Positions 1-10,227 of a DNA stretch of 64,000 nucleotides are shown here, one piece after another. The stretch is taken from positions 206-64,205 of the forward strand of contig JAQUMX010000006.1 in the NCBI GenBank assembly GCA_028717885.1. The letters run 5' to 3'. The DNA is from Candidatus Omnitrophota bacterium (GTDB taxonomy: Bacteria > Omnitrophota > Gorgyraeia > Gygaellales > Profunditerraquicolaceae). The position numbers and the translations under genes are program-made. Within the stretch, counting starts at the first letter, position 1. Each line of letters opens with the position of its first letter. Under the pieces are notes generated by a model. That model was not told the DNA's origin. It did no database searches and saw only the letters and a list, made by a program, of their open reading frames with translations.

Positions 1-60
1 ATCATCAAGTTAGAAGATCGCGTTGCCAAGCTGGAAACAGAGGTAAAGAGAGCGAAATAG
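1..60 (+). CDS. 3' end of an unidentified upstream CDS (...IIKLEDRVAKLETEVKRAK*)
   Basis: Frame 1 open from window edge to TAG 58-60; charged heptad-like C-terminus; followed by an intrinsic terminator. Confidence 0.4.
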   Translation: MIKLEDRVAKLETEVKRAK

Positions 61-83
61 CGAAAGTATTTTTGTGAGATTTT

Positions 84-125
84 CCTCCTTTCCGCGTCAA
101 TTATAGCGGAAAGGAGGTTTTTTTT
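84..125 (+). terminator. Rho-independent terminator
   Basis: Perfect 12-bp stem CCTCCTTTCCGC (84-95) / GCGGAAAGGAGG (106-117), 10-nt loop, then T8 (118-125). Confidence 0.9.
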
Positions 126-138
126 AGGGCGAATTTGT

Positions 139-167
139 TTGACAGATAAAACCCTTAGCGTTATAAT
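139..167 (+). promoter_or_regulatory. sigma70-type promoter upstream of recA
   Basis: Consensus TTGACA (139-144), 17-nt spacer, consensus TATAAT (162-167). Confidence 0.75.
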
Positions 168-193
168 AATTAACCTAAAATTTTAATTAAAGC

Positions 194-213
194 GCCTGCT
201 TCATAAAGCAGGC
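194..213 (+). promoter_or_regulatory. 5'-UTR stem-loop just before the recA SD
   Basis: GCCTGCTT (194-201) / AAGCAGGC (206-213) with 4-nt loop, followed by AGAGAGGAAA and ATG 226. Confidence 0.4.
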
Positions 214-225
214 AGAGAGGAAACT

Positions 226-1260
226 ATGGTAATTAAAGAAAAAGAGAAGAAAGAGGAGAATAAGGACCTTTCCAACCGCCAGAAAGCGTTGGAATTGGCA
301 CTTTCCCAAATAGAGAAACAGTTTGGCAAAGGGTCAATCATGAAATTAGGCGGGGATGTAAAGGTAAACGTAGAAACTATTCCCACCGGCGCCCTTACGC
401 TAGACTGGGCTTTGGGCGTAGGAGGCTTACCGCGCGGCAGGGTAATCGAGATTTTTGGGCCGGAAGCTTCGGGAAAAACTACGCTTACTTTGACTGCGAT
501 CCGCGAAAACCAGAAAAAAGGCGGGGTAGCAGCGTTTATCGACGCAGAGCACGCTTTTGATTCTACTTATGCCAAATTAATCGGGGTTAACCTCGATGAT
601 TTGTTGATCTCTCAGCCGGATACCGGAGAACAGGCTTTGGAGATCGCCGAAACATTGGTGCGCTCCAATGCCGTGGATTTAGTGGTAATCGATTCAGTGG
701 CAGCGCTCACCCCCCGCGCAGAAATCGAAGGCGAAATGGGCGATTCGCATATGGGGCTGCAGGCGCGCTTAATGTCCCAGGCTTTAAGAAAATTAACCGG
801 CGCAATCAGTAAATCCCGCACTACCGTGATTTTTATTAACCAGATCAGGGAGAAGATCGGAGTAATGTTTGGCAATCCGGAAACTACTCCTGGCGGGCGC
901 GCTTTAAAGTTTTATTCTTCTGTGCGTTTGGATGTCAGAAGGATTGCTTCTTTAAAAGAAGGCGATAGCGTTATCGGCGGCAGAGTAAGAGTGAGGGTAG
1001 TAAAAAATAAGGTTGCTCCGCCGTTTCGCGAGGCAGAATTCGAAATCCTGCATAACGAGGGGATTGCAAAAACCGGTAGTATTATCGACGCTGGTTTAAA
1101 TTTGGAGGTCTTGGCAAAATCTGGAACCTGGATTTCCTGGCAGAATGAAAAATTGGGCCAAGGCAGGGACGCGGCAATCAAAACCTTGAAAGAAAAAGCG
1201 AAATTGCAGGATGATATCGAGAAAGAAATCAGAAAGAAAATAAATCAGCCTGAAGGATAG
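226..1260 (+). CDS. recA: Recombinase RecA
   Basis: 344-aa ORF; Walker [10 protein letters not shown], typical RecA blocks ([23 protein letters not shown]). Confidence 0.97.
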   Translation: MVIKEKEKKEENKDLSNRQKALELALSQIEKQFGKGSIMKLGGDVKVNVETIPTGALTLDWALGVGGLPRGRVIEIFGPEASGKTTLTLTAIRENQKKGGVAAFIDAEHAFDSTYAKLIGVNLDDLLISQPDTGEQALEIAETLVRSNAVDLVVIDSVAALTPRAEIEGEMGDSHMGLQARLMSQALRKLTGAISKSRTTVIFINQIREKIGVMFGNPETTPGGRALKFYSSVRLDVRRIASLKEGDSVIGGRVRVRVVKNKVAPPFREAEFEILHNEGIAKTGSIIDAGLNLEVLAKSGTWISWQNEKLGQGRDAAIKTLKEKAKLQDDIEKEIRKKINQPEG

Positions 1261-1273
1261 CGTGGAGGGGAAG

Positions 1274-2788
1274 ATGAAAAAGAGGATATTAATTTTCGGG
1301 GTTCCTTTGGTAGTTGGATTAATTTTGGGATTGGCCTTGACTGCGAAACTCGATTTGTTTTCCTCTGCGCAAAGCCAAAATGCCTCTCAGGCAGCAAAGC
1401 CAAGTTTCTCAAGCCAAGCTTCTTCCTCTTTTGAAGGTTACCGTATGGAAGACGCGGTAATCAATGTAGCTGCTACGACCGGAAAAGCCGTAGTATCCAT
1501 CAGTACGGAACACAAAGAAAAAATGGGAGGGGTGAAGCGTTTCTATTTCAATTCCCCATTTGGCGGCAATCAGTCGCCTTTTGGCGATGAAGATAATTTC
1601 AGCAAGTTTTTCGATGAGTTCTTCGGAGAGATGCCGCAGAGGGAATACCGGCAGATCGGTTTAGGCTCCGGAGTAATTATCAATCCCGAAGGCTATATTT
1701 TAACCAACCAGCATGTAGTCGAGGGCGCGGATAAAATTACCGTGACTTTATCCGACGACAGAAAATTTAACGGAGAGCTTAAAGGCCAGGACCCGCGCGC
1801 GGACCTTGCAGTAGTAAAAATCAATGCCGATAATTTACCGGTGGCCCTTTTGGGGGATTCCGATAATTTAAAGATCGGCCAATGGGTAGTAGCTATTGGC
1901 AATCCCTTCGGATTCGCTTTGGATAATCCTGAGCCTACGGTAACTGTAGGGGTGGTGAGCGCTTTACATCGTTCCTTGGGCAGGGCGCTTTCGCAGGAAC
2001 GTGATTATAATGATTTGATTCAGACCGATGCGGCAATCAATCCTGGTAATTCCGGCGGGCCATTGGTAAATTTAAGAGGAGAAGTTATCGGTATTAATGT
2101 CGCTATTTTTAGCACAAGCGGCGGATACCAGGGCGTAGGCTTTGCTATTCCTATTGCCAATGCCAAGAGAGTAATCAGCCGTTTGATTGAAGGCAAAAAA
2201 ATCGTTTATGGCTGGCTGGGAATAACGGTCCAGAATTTAAATGATGACCTGGTCAAATATTTTAATCTTTCGGATAGAACAGGCGTTTTAGTGGCAACAG
2301 CCTTAAAAGACGGCCCGGCAGAAAAAGCCGGAATTAAAGAAGGGGATGTGATCAAAAAGTTCGATGGCCAGGCGATTAATGCGGTAAGAGACTTATTGAA
2401 CTTTGTGGGTAAAACCGAGGCCGGGCGCAAAATAAAACTTACGGTAGTACGCGAAAAAAAGGAAATGAATATCGATGTAGTGGTGGGGGCGCGGCCCGAT
2501 GAAGCCGCGGAAACAGAAGCTCAGGCGCAGCCCGGCAGAGAAGAAGCAGCGCAAAAGTGGCGCGGCATAACTGTGGAGGCGCAAAAGGCAAAACCCGGCG
2601 TAGTTGTTAGTGATGTAGCTTCCGCTAGCCCCGCAGACGAAGCTGGGATAGTGCCCGGAGATGTGATTTTAGGTATTAATAGGCAGCCGGTAAATAATTT
2701 GGCGGATTATCAGCGTTTGACCAAAGGCCTTAAAGGCGATTGCCTGATTATGACCGGCCGAGGATACGTGGTAGTGAAAGAGAAGTAG
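1274..2788 (+). CDS. htrA: HtrA/DegP-family periplasmic serine protease with two PDZ-like regions
   Basis: TNQHVV, D(L)AVVKI and GNSGGPL catalytic-triad blocks; N-terminal membrane anchor; start set at ATG 1274 behind GGAGGGG (track start 1262 is a non-ATG codon). Confidence 0.9.
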   Translation: MKKRILIFGVPLVVGLILGLALTAKLDLFSSAQSQNASQAAKPSFSSQASSSFEGYRMEDAVINVAATTGKAVVSISTEHKEKMGGVKRFYFNSPFGGNQSPFGDEDNFSKFFDEFFGEMPQREYRQIGLGSGVIINPEGYILTNQHVVEGADKITVTLSDDRKFNGELKGQDPRADLAVVKINADNLPVALLGDSDNLKIGQWVVAIGNPFGFALDNPEPTVTVGVVSALHRSLGRALSQERDYNDLIQTDAAINPGNSGGPLVNLRGEVIGINVAIFSTSGGYQGVGFAIPIANAKRVISRLIEGKKIVYGWLGITVQNLNDDLVKYFNLSDRTGVLVATALKDGPAEKAGIKEGDVIKKFDGQAINAVRDLLNFVGKTEAGRKIKLTVVREKKEMNIDVVVGARPDEAAETEAQAQPGREEAAQKWRGITVEAQKAKPGVVVSDVASASPADEAGIVPGDVILGINRQPVNNLADYQRLTKGLKGDCLIMTGRGYVVVKEK

Positions 2789-3252
2789 TGGAAAAGAATT
2801 TAACTCTTTCCGAGAAAGCCAGGCAGTACGCTTTTTTACTTTTGAAATACCGGTTGCGCAGCGAATCAGAGCTGCGTTTTCGCCTAAAAAGAAAAAATTT
2901 TAGCCCCGGGATTATCGATTCCACAATCGAATTTTTAAAGGGAAAAGCTTTTCTCGACGATGAAGTTTTTGCCAAGGCATGGATATCTTCCCGTCTGCAA
3001 AAGCCTTTTGGTTTCAGGCGGCTGCGCCAGGAATTAAAGTTAAAGGGAGTAGGCAATAAGGTTATCGAAGCGCAAATCCAGCAGGCAAAAAAGGATTTTC
3101 CGGAAGAGGAAATTATTTTGTCGTTAGCTAAAGAAAAACTAAAAAAGTATAAGGGTGTTGAGCCGCAAAAAGCTAGGCAAAGAGTTTATGGTTTTCTTGT
3201 ACGCCGCGGATTTTGCGTAGAAAAAATTATCGAGGCAATGGAACAATTATGA
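2788..3252 (+). CDS. recX: RecX-like RecA regulator
   Basis: Helical-repeat protein (YAFLLLKYRLRSESELRFRL..., VYGFLVRRGF) in a recA neighbourhood; start uncertain: GTG 2788 overlaps the htrA stop, track ORF starts at 2740. Confidence 0.7.
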   Translation: MEKNLTLSEKARQYAFLLLKYRLRSESELRFRLKRKNFSPGIIDSTIEFLKGKAFLDDEVFAKAWISSRLQKPFGFRRLRQELKLKGVGNKVIEAQIQQAKKDFPEEEIILSLAKEKLKKYKGVEPQKARQRVYGFLVRRGFCVEKIIEAMEQL

Positions 3253-5822
3253 CCGCCGATGTATTAAGAGAAAAATTCCTGCAATTTTTCAAATCCAAAA
3301 AGCATAAAATCGTAGAAAGCGATTCACTGGTGCCTAAGGACGACCCGACTGTGCTCTTTACGCCTGCCGGGATGAACCAGTTTAAAAAGCAATTCTTAGG
3401 GCAAATTACGGGTTTTACCCGCGCTGCTACTTCGCAGCGCTGCCTACGCACGGATGACCTGGATAAAGTGGGAAAAACAACCGGCCACCACACATTCTTT
3501 GAAATGCTGGGGAATTTTTCTTTTGGCGATTATTTTAAGAAAGAGGCAATTACCTGGGCCTGGGAATTTTTAACCGGGGAATTGAAGATTAGCCCGGAAA
3601 AATTATGGGTTTCGGTTTATAAAGATGACGATGAGGCTTACGGAATCTGGAAGGATGAAGTTGGGGTTGCGCAGGAGAGGATCGTCAAATTAGGGGATAA
3701 GGATAATTTCTGGCCGGCAGAGGCGAAAGAAAAAGGCCCGAATGGGCCATGTGGGCCGTGCTCGGAAATTTTTTATGATTTCGGCAAGGATGTCGGTTGT
3801 AGAGAGAAAATTTGCGATCCATCTTGTAGCTGCGGCAGGTTTGTGGAGATCTGGAACCTGGTTTTTACCCAGTTTAACCGCAAAGAAGGCGGCCAATTAG
3901 AACCGCTGCCAAAGAAAAATATCGATACCGGTATGGGTTTGGAAAGGCTGGCTGCGGTAATGCAAGGGGCAAAAAACAATTTCGAGACGGAATTATTTCA
4001 GCCGATCATCAAAGCGATAGAGCAAGAGGCAAGCAGAAGTATTCAAGCGGCTAATGCTTACGCAGTGGCTGATCATTTACGCGCGATTTGTTTTTCAATA
4101 TATGATGGTGTAATACCGTCTAATGAAGAGCGGGGATATGTAATCAGAAAACTGATTCGTAAGAGTAGCCTACATATAAAAAGTATGGGGATTAAGAAAT
4201 TATTTCTTTATAAATTAGTTCCAATTTTGGCTGAAATTATGCAGAAGCCATATCCAGAATTAAAAGAGCGGCAGGAAAACATTGCGCAGATTATTTTAGA
4301 AGAAGAAAGAGCTTTTCTTGCGAACCTAGATAATAGTGAGCCCTTATTTGAATCTAAATTTCAGAATTTAAAAACCAATTCGGATCCGGATGCAGCAGGA
4401 AAAATTGCCTTTCAACTCTATGATACTTACGGGATTCCTGCAGAGCTTACTTTTGATTGGTTAAGTAAGCATAAAATCGAAGTCTCCAAAGATGCTTTTG
4501 AACGCGCAATGGACGAACAGAAGCAGCGCTCAAAAGCAGGCAGCGCCATGAAAGGCGATGTGTTCAGTTTAAAAGGCTTAAAGCTCGACGTAAAAGAAAC
4601 TAAATTTTTGGGCTACAAAACAACTCTATCTAAGGCAAAAATCTTAAAGATTTTTCAGGACGGTAAAGAAGTAAAAAAAATCAAGCAGGGGGATAGTGCG
4701 GAAATCGTGCTGGACCAGACTCCGTTTTATGCCGAATCCGGCGGCCAGGTTGCAGACATCGGAGAATTGGTAAAAGGAAAGAATATTTTTCAGGTCCTGG
4801 ACACGCAGAAAAACGGAAAAGTAACCATTCATCTGGGAAAAGTAACCAAAGGCGGGTTTAAAAAAGCCGATTCCTTAAACGCCCAAGTAGACAGAGAGCG
4901 CAGGCTCTCGATTGCCAGGAACCATACCGCCACACACCTTTTACAGGCGGCATTGCGTAAAGTTTTAGGGCCACACGTGCAGCAGCAGGGTTCTTTGGTA
5001 GCTGCGGAAAAACTGCGTTTTGATTTCACGCATTTTAAGGGCTTAAATCAGGAAGAGCTGGAGCGGATCGAAGAAGAAGTATACCAGTCTGTAATCGAAA
5101 ACTATTCCCTAAGTACGAAGATTTTAACCCTTGCTCAAGCAAAGAAGACAGGGGCTTTGGCATTTTTTGCGGAAAAATATGAAGGTAAAGTACGCGTAGT
5201 GTCTGTAGGGGAGGTTTCGCGAGAGCTTTGCGGCGGGACTCACCTTGCTGCCACGGGAAATATCGGGTTATTTAAGATCCTGCATGAAGGCTCAGTTGCC
5301 AGCGGCGTGCGCAGGATCGAGGCAGTTACCGGAAAATACGCTTATCAGCTCATAAAGGAAGAAAAAGAAAAACAGCAGGAGGAATTAGAAAAAGCATTTG
5401 GCCACCAGAGAGAGTTGGAAAAACAATTAGGCTCGCAAAAACTCGGGCAGGCAAAAAATTCCCTGAATGATTTGCTGGAGAAAATCGAGAATATTAATGG
5501 CTTAAAAGTAATCGCCCAGGTTTTGCCGGATTTAGATATGGGATTGCTGCGAAAAAGTGTGGATTTAATCAAGGAAAAATCGGATAATACTATCATTGCT
5601 TTAGGCTCTATTCAAAGCGCAAAAGCCTTATTAGTGGTGGCGGTAACTGCCGACCTTTGCGCTAAGGGGATCGATGCTACGAAAATAATCGTGGAAGCGG
5701 CAAAGCCAATCGGCGGAAGCGGCGGAGGGAGAAAAGATTTTGCCCAGGCAGGCGGCACGCAGCCGGAAAATTTCGAACAGGCTTTCGCAATAATTAAAAA
5801 AATAGCCAGCGAGGTAAAATGA
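3249..5822 (+). CDS. alaS: Alanine--tRNA ligase
   Basis: Class II AlaRS N-terminus (FTPAGMNQFK), editing-domain HTATHLL...CGGTH, C-terminal GGSGGGR; ATGA overlap with the recX stop (track start 3213 rejected). Confidence 0.96.
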   Translation: MTADVLREKFLQFFKSKKHKIVESDSLVPKDDPTVLFTPAGMNQFKKQFLGQITGFTRAATSQRCLRTDDLDKVGKTTGHHTFFEMLGNFSFGDYFKKEAITWAWEFLTGELKISPEKLWVSVYKDDDEAYGIWKDEVGVAQERIVKLGDKDNFWPAEAKEKGPNGPCGPCSEIFYDFGKDVGCREKICDPSCSCGRFVEIWNLVFTQFNRKEGGQLEPLPKKNIDTGMGLERLAAVMQGAKNNFETELFQPIIKAIEQEASRSIQAANAYAVADHLRAICFSIYDGVIPSNEERGYVIRKLIRKSSLHIKSMGIKKLFLYKLVPILAEIMQKPYPELKERQENIAQIILEEERAFLANLDNSEPLFESKFQNLKTNSDPDAAGKIAFQLYDTYGIPAELTFDWLSKHKIEVSKDAFERAMDEQKQRSKAGSAMKGDVFSLKGLKLDVKETKFLGYKTTLSKAKILKIFQDGKEVKKIKQGDSAEIVLDQTPFYAESGGQVADIGELVKGKNIFQVLDTQKNGKVTIHLGKVTKGGFKKADSLNAQVDRERRLSIARNHTATHLLQAALRKVLGPHVQQQGSLVAAEKLRFDFTHFKGLNQEELERIEEEVYQSVIENYSLSTKILTLAQAKKTGALAFFAEKYEGKVRVVSVGEVSRELCGGTHLAATGNIGLFKILHEGSVASGVRRIEAVTGKYAYQLIKEEKEKQQEELEKAFGHQRELEKQLGSQKLGQAKNSLNDLLEKIENINGLKVIAQVLPDLDMGLLRKSVDLIKEKSDNTIIALGSIQSAKALLVVAVTADLCAKGIDATKIIVEAAKPIGGSGGGRKDFAQAGGTQPENFEQAFAIIKKIASEVK

Positions 5823-7045
5823 AAATAGTCCGTAGCAGCAATAAGTCCTTGGAAAAAATTTATCAGCGCCAATTCATCCGTTCACGCCGCATCGAAGATA
5901 AGGTGAGGAAAATCATCGAAGATGTACGCTTGTTTGGGGATGACGCGTTGTTACGCTATACCAAGAAATTTGACGGGGTGAAATTCACGCCTAAGCAGTT
6001 AAAGGTTTCGCAAATTGAAATCAGCGGCGCTTATCAAAACATTACCCCGAATTTTGTTTCCAGCCTTAAAGTTGTAATCGAAAATGTAAATCGTTTTTAT
6101 CGCAGGACCCTGAAAAAATCCTGGAGGCTGAAAGCCGGGGAAGGCCTGGTTTTAGGGGAGAATTATCAACCGTTGGAAAAGATAGGGGTTTATATTCCGG
6201 CAGGGACCGCGCCTTTGGTTTCTACGGTTTATATGACGATGCTGCCGGCAAAAATTGCCGGAGTAAAAAGAATCACTTTAGCCAGCCCTCCGGATAAAAA
6301 CGGCCTGATCAATCCGCATATCCTGGTGGTAGCCGATCTTTTAAAAGTAGATGAAATTTACCGCATGGGCGGAGCGCAGGCAATTGCTGCTTTTGCTTAC
6401 GGCACAAAAACTGTGGGGCGCGTGGATAAAATCGTCGGCCCCGGGAATATTTATGTCAGCGAAGCAAAGCGGCAGGTTTTTGGCGTGGTAGATATCGATA
6501 TGATTGCCGGGCCAACGGAACTGGTAATTATTGCCAACCGCTACAGCGAGCCAAAATTGATTATTGCGGATCTGCATGCCCAGGCCGAGCACGCGCATGG
6601 CTTAGCGATTTTAATTACCAATTCGCGCAGCCTCGCCAAAGAAGTAAAAGCCCAGACCGAACATATTAACGGCTTGATTATTTTAGTAAAGAATTTGGAG
6701 GAGGCTGCAGCAGTATCAAACCGCATTGCTCCCGAACACTTGGAAATTTTGATCAAGAATCCGCAGCGGATCTTGCATAGCATTAAGAATGCCGGGGCAA
6801 TATTTTTAGGTAATTATAGCCCGGCTGCAGTAGGGGATTATGTTGCCGGCCCCAGCCATGTTTTGCCAACGCACGGCACAGCCAGGTTCTTTTCCGGGTT
6901 GTCGGTCTGTGATTTCTTAAAGAGCAGCCACATTATCAGCTATTCCAAAAAGGCCCTGGAGAAAGTAAGGGATCCTTTGGAAAAAATCGCCGGTATCGAG
7001 GGCTTGAGCAAACATTTGGAATCTGTAAAAGTGAGATTTCAATAG
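5819..7045 (+). CDS. hisD: Histidinol dehydrogenase
   Basis: 408-aa ORF with HisD blocks (IDMIAGPTE, HAQAEHA, APEHLEI); ATGA overlap with alaS. Confidence 0.93.
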   Translation: MKIVRSSNKSLEKIYQRQFIRSRRIEDKVRKIIEDVRLFGDDALLRYTKKFDGVKFTPKQLKVSQIEISGAYQNITPNFVSSLKVVIENVNRFYRRTLKKSWRLKAGEGLVLGENYQPLEKIGVYIPAGTAPLVSTVYMTMLPAKIAGVKRITLASPPDKNGLINPHILVVADLLKVDEIYRMGGAQAIAAFAYGTKTVGRVDKIVGPGNIYVSEAKRQVFGVVDIDMIAGPTELVIIANRYSEPKLIIADLHAQAEHAHGLAILITNSRSLAKEVKAQTEHINGLIILVKNLEEAAAVSNRIAPEHLEILIKNPQRILHSIKNAGAIFLGNYSPAAVGDYVAGPSHVLPTHGTARFFSGLSVCDFLKSSHIISYSKKALEKVRDPLEKIAGIEGLSKHLESVKVRFQ

Positions 7046-7070
7046 CACCCGGCCCTATAGGAGACAAATA

Positions 7071-7676
7071 ATGCGTAAAGCGCAGGTAGAAAGAAAAACC
7101 ACGGAAACAAACATAAAAATCGATCTCAATCTCGATGGCAGCGGAAAGGCTAAAATCGATACCGGAATCGGTTTCTTAGACCATATGTTGGAGCTTTTTA
7201 CTTTTCACGGGTTATTTGATTTAGATATTAGCGCCAAAGGCGATTTGAAAGTTGATATCCATCACACTAATGAAGATGTGGGCCTGGTTTTAGGGGAAGC
7301 ATTCCGTAAGGCCTTAGGGGATATGAAGGGAATTAAAAGGTTTGGTTCCGGCTCTGTGCCGATGGAAGACGTAGTCGCCCAAGTAACCGTTGATATTAGC
7401 GGCCGTTCGTTTTTTAAAGGAATAGAAAAAGAGCCTGCTGCAACAGAAGATGTAAAAGATGAGAGCGGATATTCTTTTAGTTACGCAAATCATTTCTTTG
7501 AAGGGTTGGTGAAAAAACTGGGTATGAATTTAAGCATTAAACTCTCCAGTAGGAATCCGGATTTGCACACGAACTTAGAGCCGGTATTTAAGGCCCTGGG
7601 TGTGGCTCTGGACCAGGCTACCCAAATCGATCCCCGCCGTAAAGGTGTTCCTTCTACAAAAGGGATAATTGACTAG
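7071..7676 (+). CDS. hisB: Imidazoleglycerol-phosphate dehydratase
   Basis: RKTTETNI, GIGFLDHML, HHTNED motifs. Confidence 0.95.
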   Translation: MRKAQVERKTTETNIKIDLNLDGSGKAKIDTGIGFLDHMLELFTFHGLFDLDISAKGDLKVDIHHTNEDVGLVLGEAFRKALGDMKGIKRFGSGSVPMEDVVAQVTVDISGRSFFKGIEKEPAATEDVKDESGYSFSYANHFFEGLVKKLGMNLSIKLSSRNPDLHTNLEPVFKALGVALDQATQIDPRRKGVPSTKGIID

Positions 7677-7678
7677 CG

Positions 7679-8290
7679 ATGATTGCGATTGTTGATTATG
7701 GTATGGGCAATCTGCATAGCGTAGAGAAAGCTTTGCAGTCATTCGGCGAAAAAACCCTGATCGCAGATACTGCGGCAGCATTAAAAAAGTGCGAAAAAAT
7801 CGTTTTGCCGGGAGTAGGCGCTTTTGATGACGCCATGGCGGAACTAAAAAAGAAAAAAATTGACCTGGCAATAAAAGAAGCAGTAAAAAATAAAAAAATA
7901 TTCTTAGGGATTTGCCTGGGTATGCAATTGCTTTTTGAAGAAAGCGAAGAAGCCAACAGCGAAAAAGGGTTGGGATTATTACTCGGAAAAGTTAATCGTT
8001 TCAGCGAAAAATCCGGGCAAAAAGTTCCGCAGATGGGCTGGAACCAGCTGATGATAGAACAGAAAAATTGCCCGCTTTTAAAAGGCATAGCCTCCGGAGC
8101 GCAGGTTTATTTCTGCCATTCTTTTTATCCGGCTCCGGCAGAAAATTCCGTAATAGCGGCTACTACAGATTACGGGATTAAATTTTCTTCGATTGTCTGG
8201 AAAGAGAATGTTTACGGCGTGCAGTTTCACCCGGAGAAAAGCCAGGAGATTGGTTTAAAAATCTTGAAGAACTTTGTCGAACTATGTTAA
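7679..8290 (+). CDS. hisH: Imidazole glycerol phosphate synthase, glutamine amidotransferase subunit
   Basis: IVDYGMGNLHS, nucleophile GICLGMQ, C-terminal GVQFHPEKS. Confidence 0.93.
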   Translation: MIAIVDYGMGNLHSVEKALQSFGEKTLIADTAAALKKCEKIVLPGVGAFDDAMAELKKKKIDLAIKEAVKNKKIFLGICLGMQLLFEESEEANSEKGLGLLLGKVNRFSEKSGQKVPQMGWNQLMIEQKNCPLLKGIASGAQVYFCHSFYPAPAENSVIAATTDYGIKFSSIVWKENVYGVQFHPEKSQEIGLKILKNFVELC

Positions 8291-9003
8291 TCATACCTGC
8301 AATCGATTTACAAGATGGCGCTGTTGTGCGATTCGTCCAGGGCAAGCTTGATAAAAAAATTTACTCCCGGGATCCGTTGAAAACTGCCAAGCATTGGGTG
8401 CGCCAGGGTGCCGCGATGTTGCACGTGGTGGATTTAGACGGCGCTTTTTCCGGAGGGCCCAAGAACCTGGCGATTGTAAAAGAGATTATAAAATCGATAA
8501 ATATTCCGGTTGAGTTTGGCGGCGGGGTGCGGAATATGGAACTGATCAAAGAATTGGTTTCTGTTGGCGTTGGTCGGGTAATTTTAGGCACCAAGGCAAT
8601 AGAGGATAATAGTTTTTTGAAAAAAGCCTTTGCCAAATTTAAGGAGAAAATTATTATCAGTATCGATAGTAAGGATGATAATCTTCTGGTTAAGGGCTGG
8701 CAGAGCACGCACAAAGGATTAGGGGTAGTGGAATTTGTCCAACAATTAAAAGAAATCGGTTTTGAAGAAATTATCTATACTGACATCACGAAAGATGGCA
8801 CCTTGGTGGGGCCCAACATCAAAGGCATAAAGAACCTTTTAAAGCAAACCGGGATGAAGATTATTGCTTCCGGAGGTATATCCAGCCTGGCAGACTTGGC
8901 TAAGCTGAAATTAATGGAAAAACAGGGAGTTACAGGTATAATTATAGGCAAAGCTTTATACGAAGGAAAATTTACGCTTAAAGAAGCGTTAAAATACAGC
9001 TAA
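8284..9003 (+). CDS. hisA: ProFAR isomerase
   Basis: IIPAIDL...G..VR, HVVDLDGA, ASGGISS blocks of the HisA/HisF barrel. Confidence 0.92.
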   Translation: MLIIPAIDLQDGAVVRFVQGKLDKKIYSRDPLKTAKHWVRQGAAMLHVVDLDGAFSGGPKNLAIVKEIIKSINIPVEFGGGVRNMELIKELVSVGVGRVILGTKAIEDNSFLKKAFAKFKEKIIISIDSKDDNLLVKGWQSTHKGLGVVEFVQQLKEIGFEEIIYTDITKDGTLVGPNIKGIKNLLKQTGMKIIASGGISSLADLAKLKLMEKQGVTGIIIGKALYEGKFTLKEALKYS

Positions 9004-9018
9004 AAGGGGGAGGGGAAA

Positions 9019-9465
9019 ATGGTAAAAAAAGTTGCAACACTGGTATTTTTGTCCGTGTTGGTAATCTCTCTGGCCGGTTGTGCTACTGGCCGCAAGCAAG
9101 GGGAGATGGAAGTGCAGGGATTAAAGAATCAAATCTCGGTTTTAGAAGCGCAGATTCAGTCAAAGGATGAAGAGATTAGCGGTTTAAGGAATGAAGTAGC
9201 TAAATTGCAATCAGAGGGTTCTATGAATTTTGCCGGTAAAGGCACTGTTGGTTCCGAACCAAAATCCCGGCCGAATACAAAACAAATTCAAACGGCATTA
9301 AGGAACGCAGGTTACAATCCGGGTAATATTGACGGAAAAATGGGCGCGCTTACTATGGATGCTATCAAAGCGTTTCAGTCGGCGAATAACCTGCCTGCAG
9401 ACGGCAAGGTAGGAAAAAATACCTGGGCAGTCTTAAGGCCATATTTACATAAGAAGATAAAATAG
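9019..9465 (+). CDS. Lipoprotein with coiled-coil segment and C-terminal peptidoglycan-binding (PG_binding_1-like) domain
   Basis: Lipobox LAGC at residues 18-21; heptad-rich middle; IQTALRNAGYNPGNIDGKMGALTMDAIKAFQSANNLPADGKVG matches the PG-binding repeat pattern. Confidence 0.7.
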   Translation: MVKKVATLVFLSVLVISLAGCATGRKQGEMEVQGLKNQISVLEAQIQSKDEEISGLRNEVAKLQSEGSMNFAGKGTVGSEPKSRPNTKQIQTALRNAGYNPGNIDGKMGALTMDAIKAFQSANNLPADGKVGKNTWAVLRPYLHKKIK

Positions 9466-9471
9466 TTTTGC

Positions 9472-10227
9472 ATGCTTACCAAGAGAATTATCCCCTGCCT
9501 CGATATCAAGGAAGGCCGGGTAGTAAAAGGCGTAAAATTCCTGGGGCTGCGCGATGCCGGAGACCCGGTCGAGGTAGCCAAAATCTATGATCAGCAGCAG
9601 GCTGATGAACTAGTTTTTCTGGATATTACTGCCAGTTTTGAAAACAGAAAGACTCTTGTAGAACTGGTTAAGGCAATTGCCATAAACATTTATATGCCTT
9701 TTACCGTAGGCGGCGGGATCCGCGATATCGATGATATCAGGGATCTTTTGAATGCCGGCGCGGATAAAGTTTCCCTCAATACCGCGGCAGTGAAATTACC
9801 GCAGTTAATTTCCCAGGCGGCAAAGAAATTCGGCAGCCAGTGTATAGTGGTGGCAATCGATGCCAAAAAAGAAGGCGATCATTGGGAAGTTTTTATCAAT
9901 GGCGGAAGGACCCCCACGGGAATAGACGCCGTGGAATGGGCAAGAAAAGCCGCTAAGTTAGGCGCAGGGGAAATCCTTTTAACCAGTATGGATTATGACG
10001 GTACCAAAGACGGTTATGATTTGCCATTGACCAAAGCCGTAACTGCGGCAGTAAATATCCCGGTAATTGCTTCCGGAGGAGCAGGCAAGCCAGAACATTT
10101 TGCGCAAGTCTTTTTAGAAGCGCAGGCTGATGCTGCGCTGGCTGCTTCGGTGTTCCACTATCAGGAGTTGACCGTAAAAGCAGTGAAAGAATACTTAAGG
10201 GAAAAAGGAGTAAATGTCAGGTTATGA
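9472..10227 (+). CDS. hisF: Imidazole glycerol phosphate synthase, cyclase subunit
   Basis: [34 protein letters not shown] blocks. Confidence 0.95.
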   Translation: MLTKRIIPCLDIKEGRVVKGVKFLGLRDAGDPVEVAKIYDQQQADELVFLDITASFENRKTLVELVKAIAINIYMPFTVGGGIRDIDDIRDLLNAGADKVSLNTAAVKLPQLISQAAKKFGSQCIVVAIDAKKEGDHWEVFINGGRTPTGIDAVEWARKAAKLGAGEILLTSMDYDGTKDGYDLPLTKAVTAAVNIPVIASGGAGKPEHFAQVFLEAQADAALAASVFHYQELTVKAVKEYLREKGVNVRL

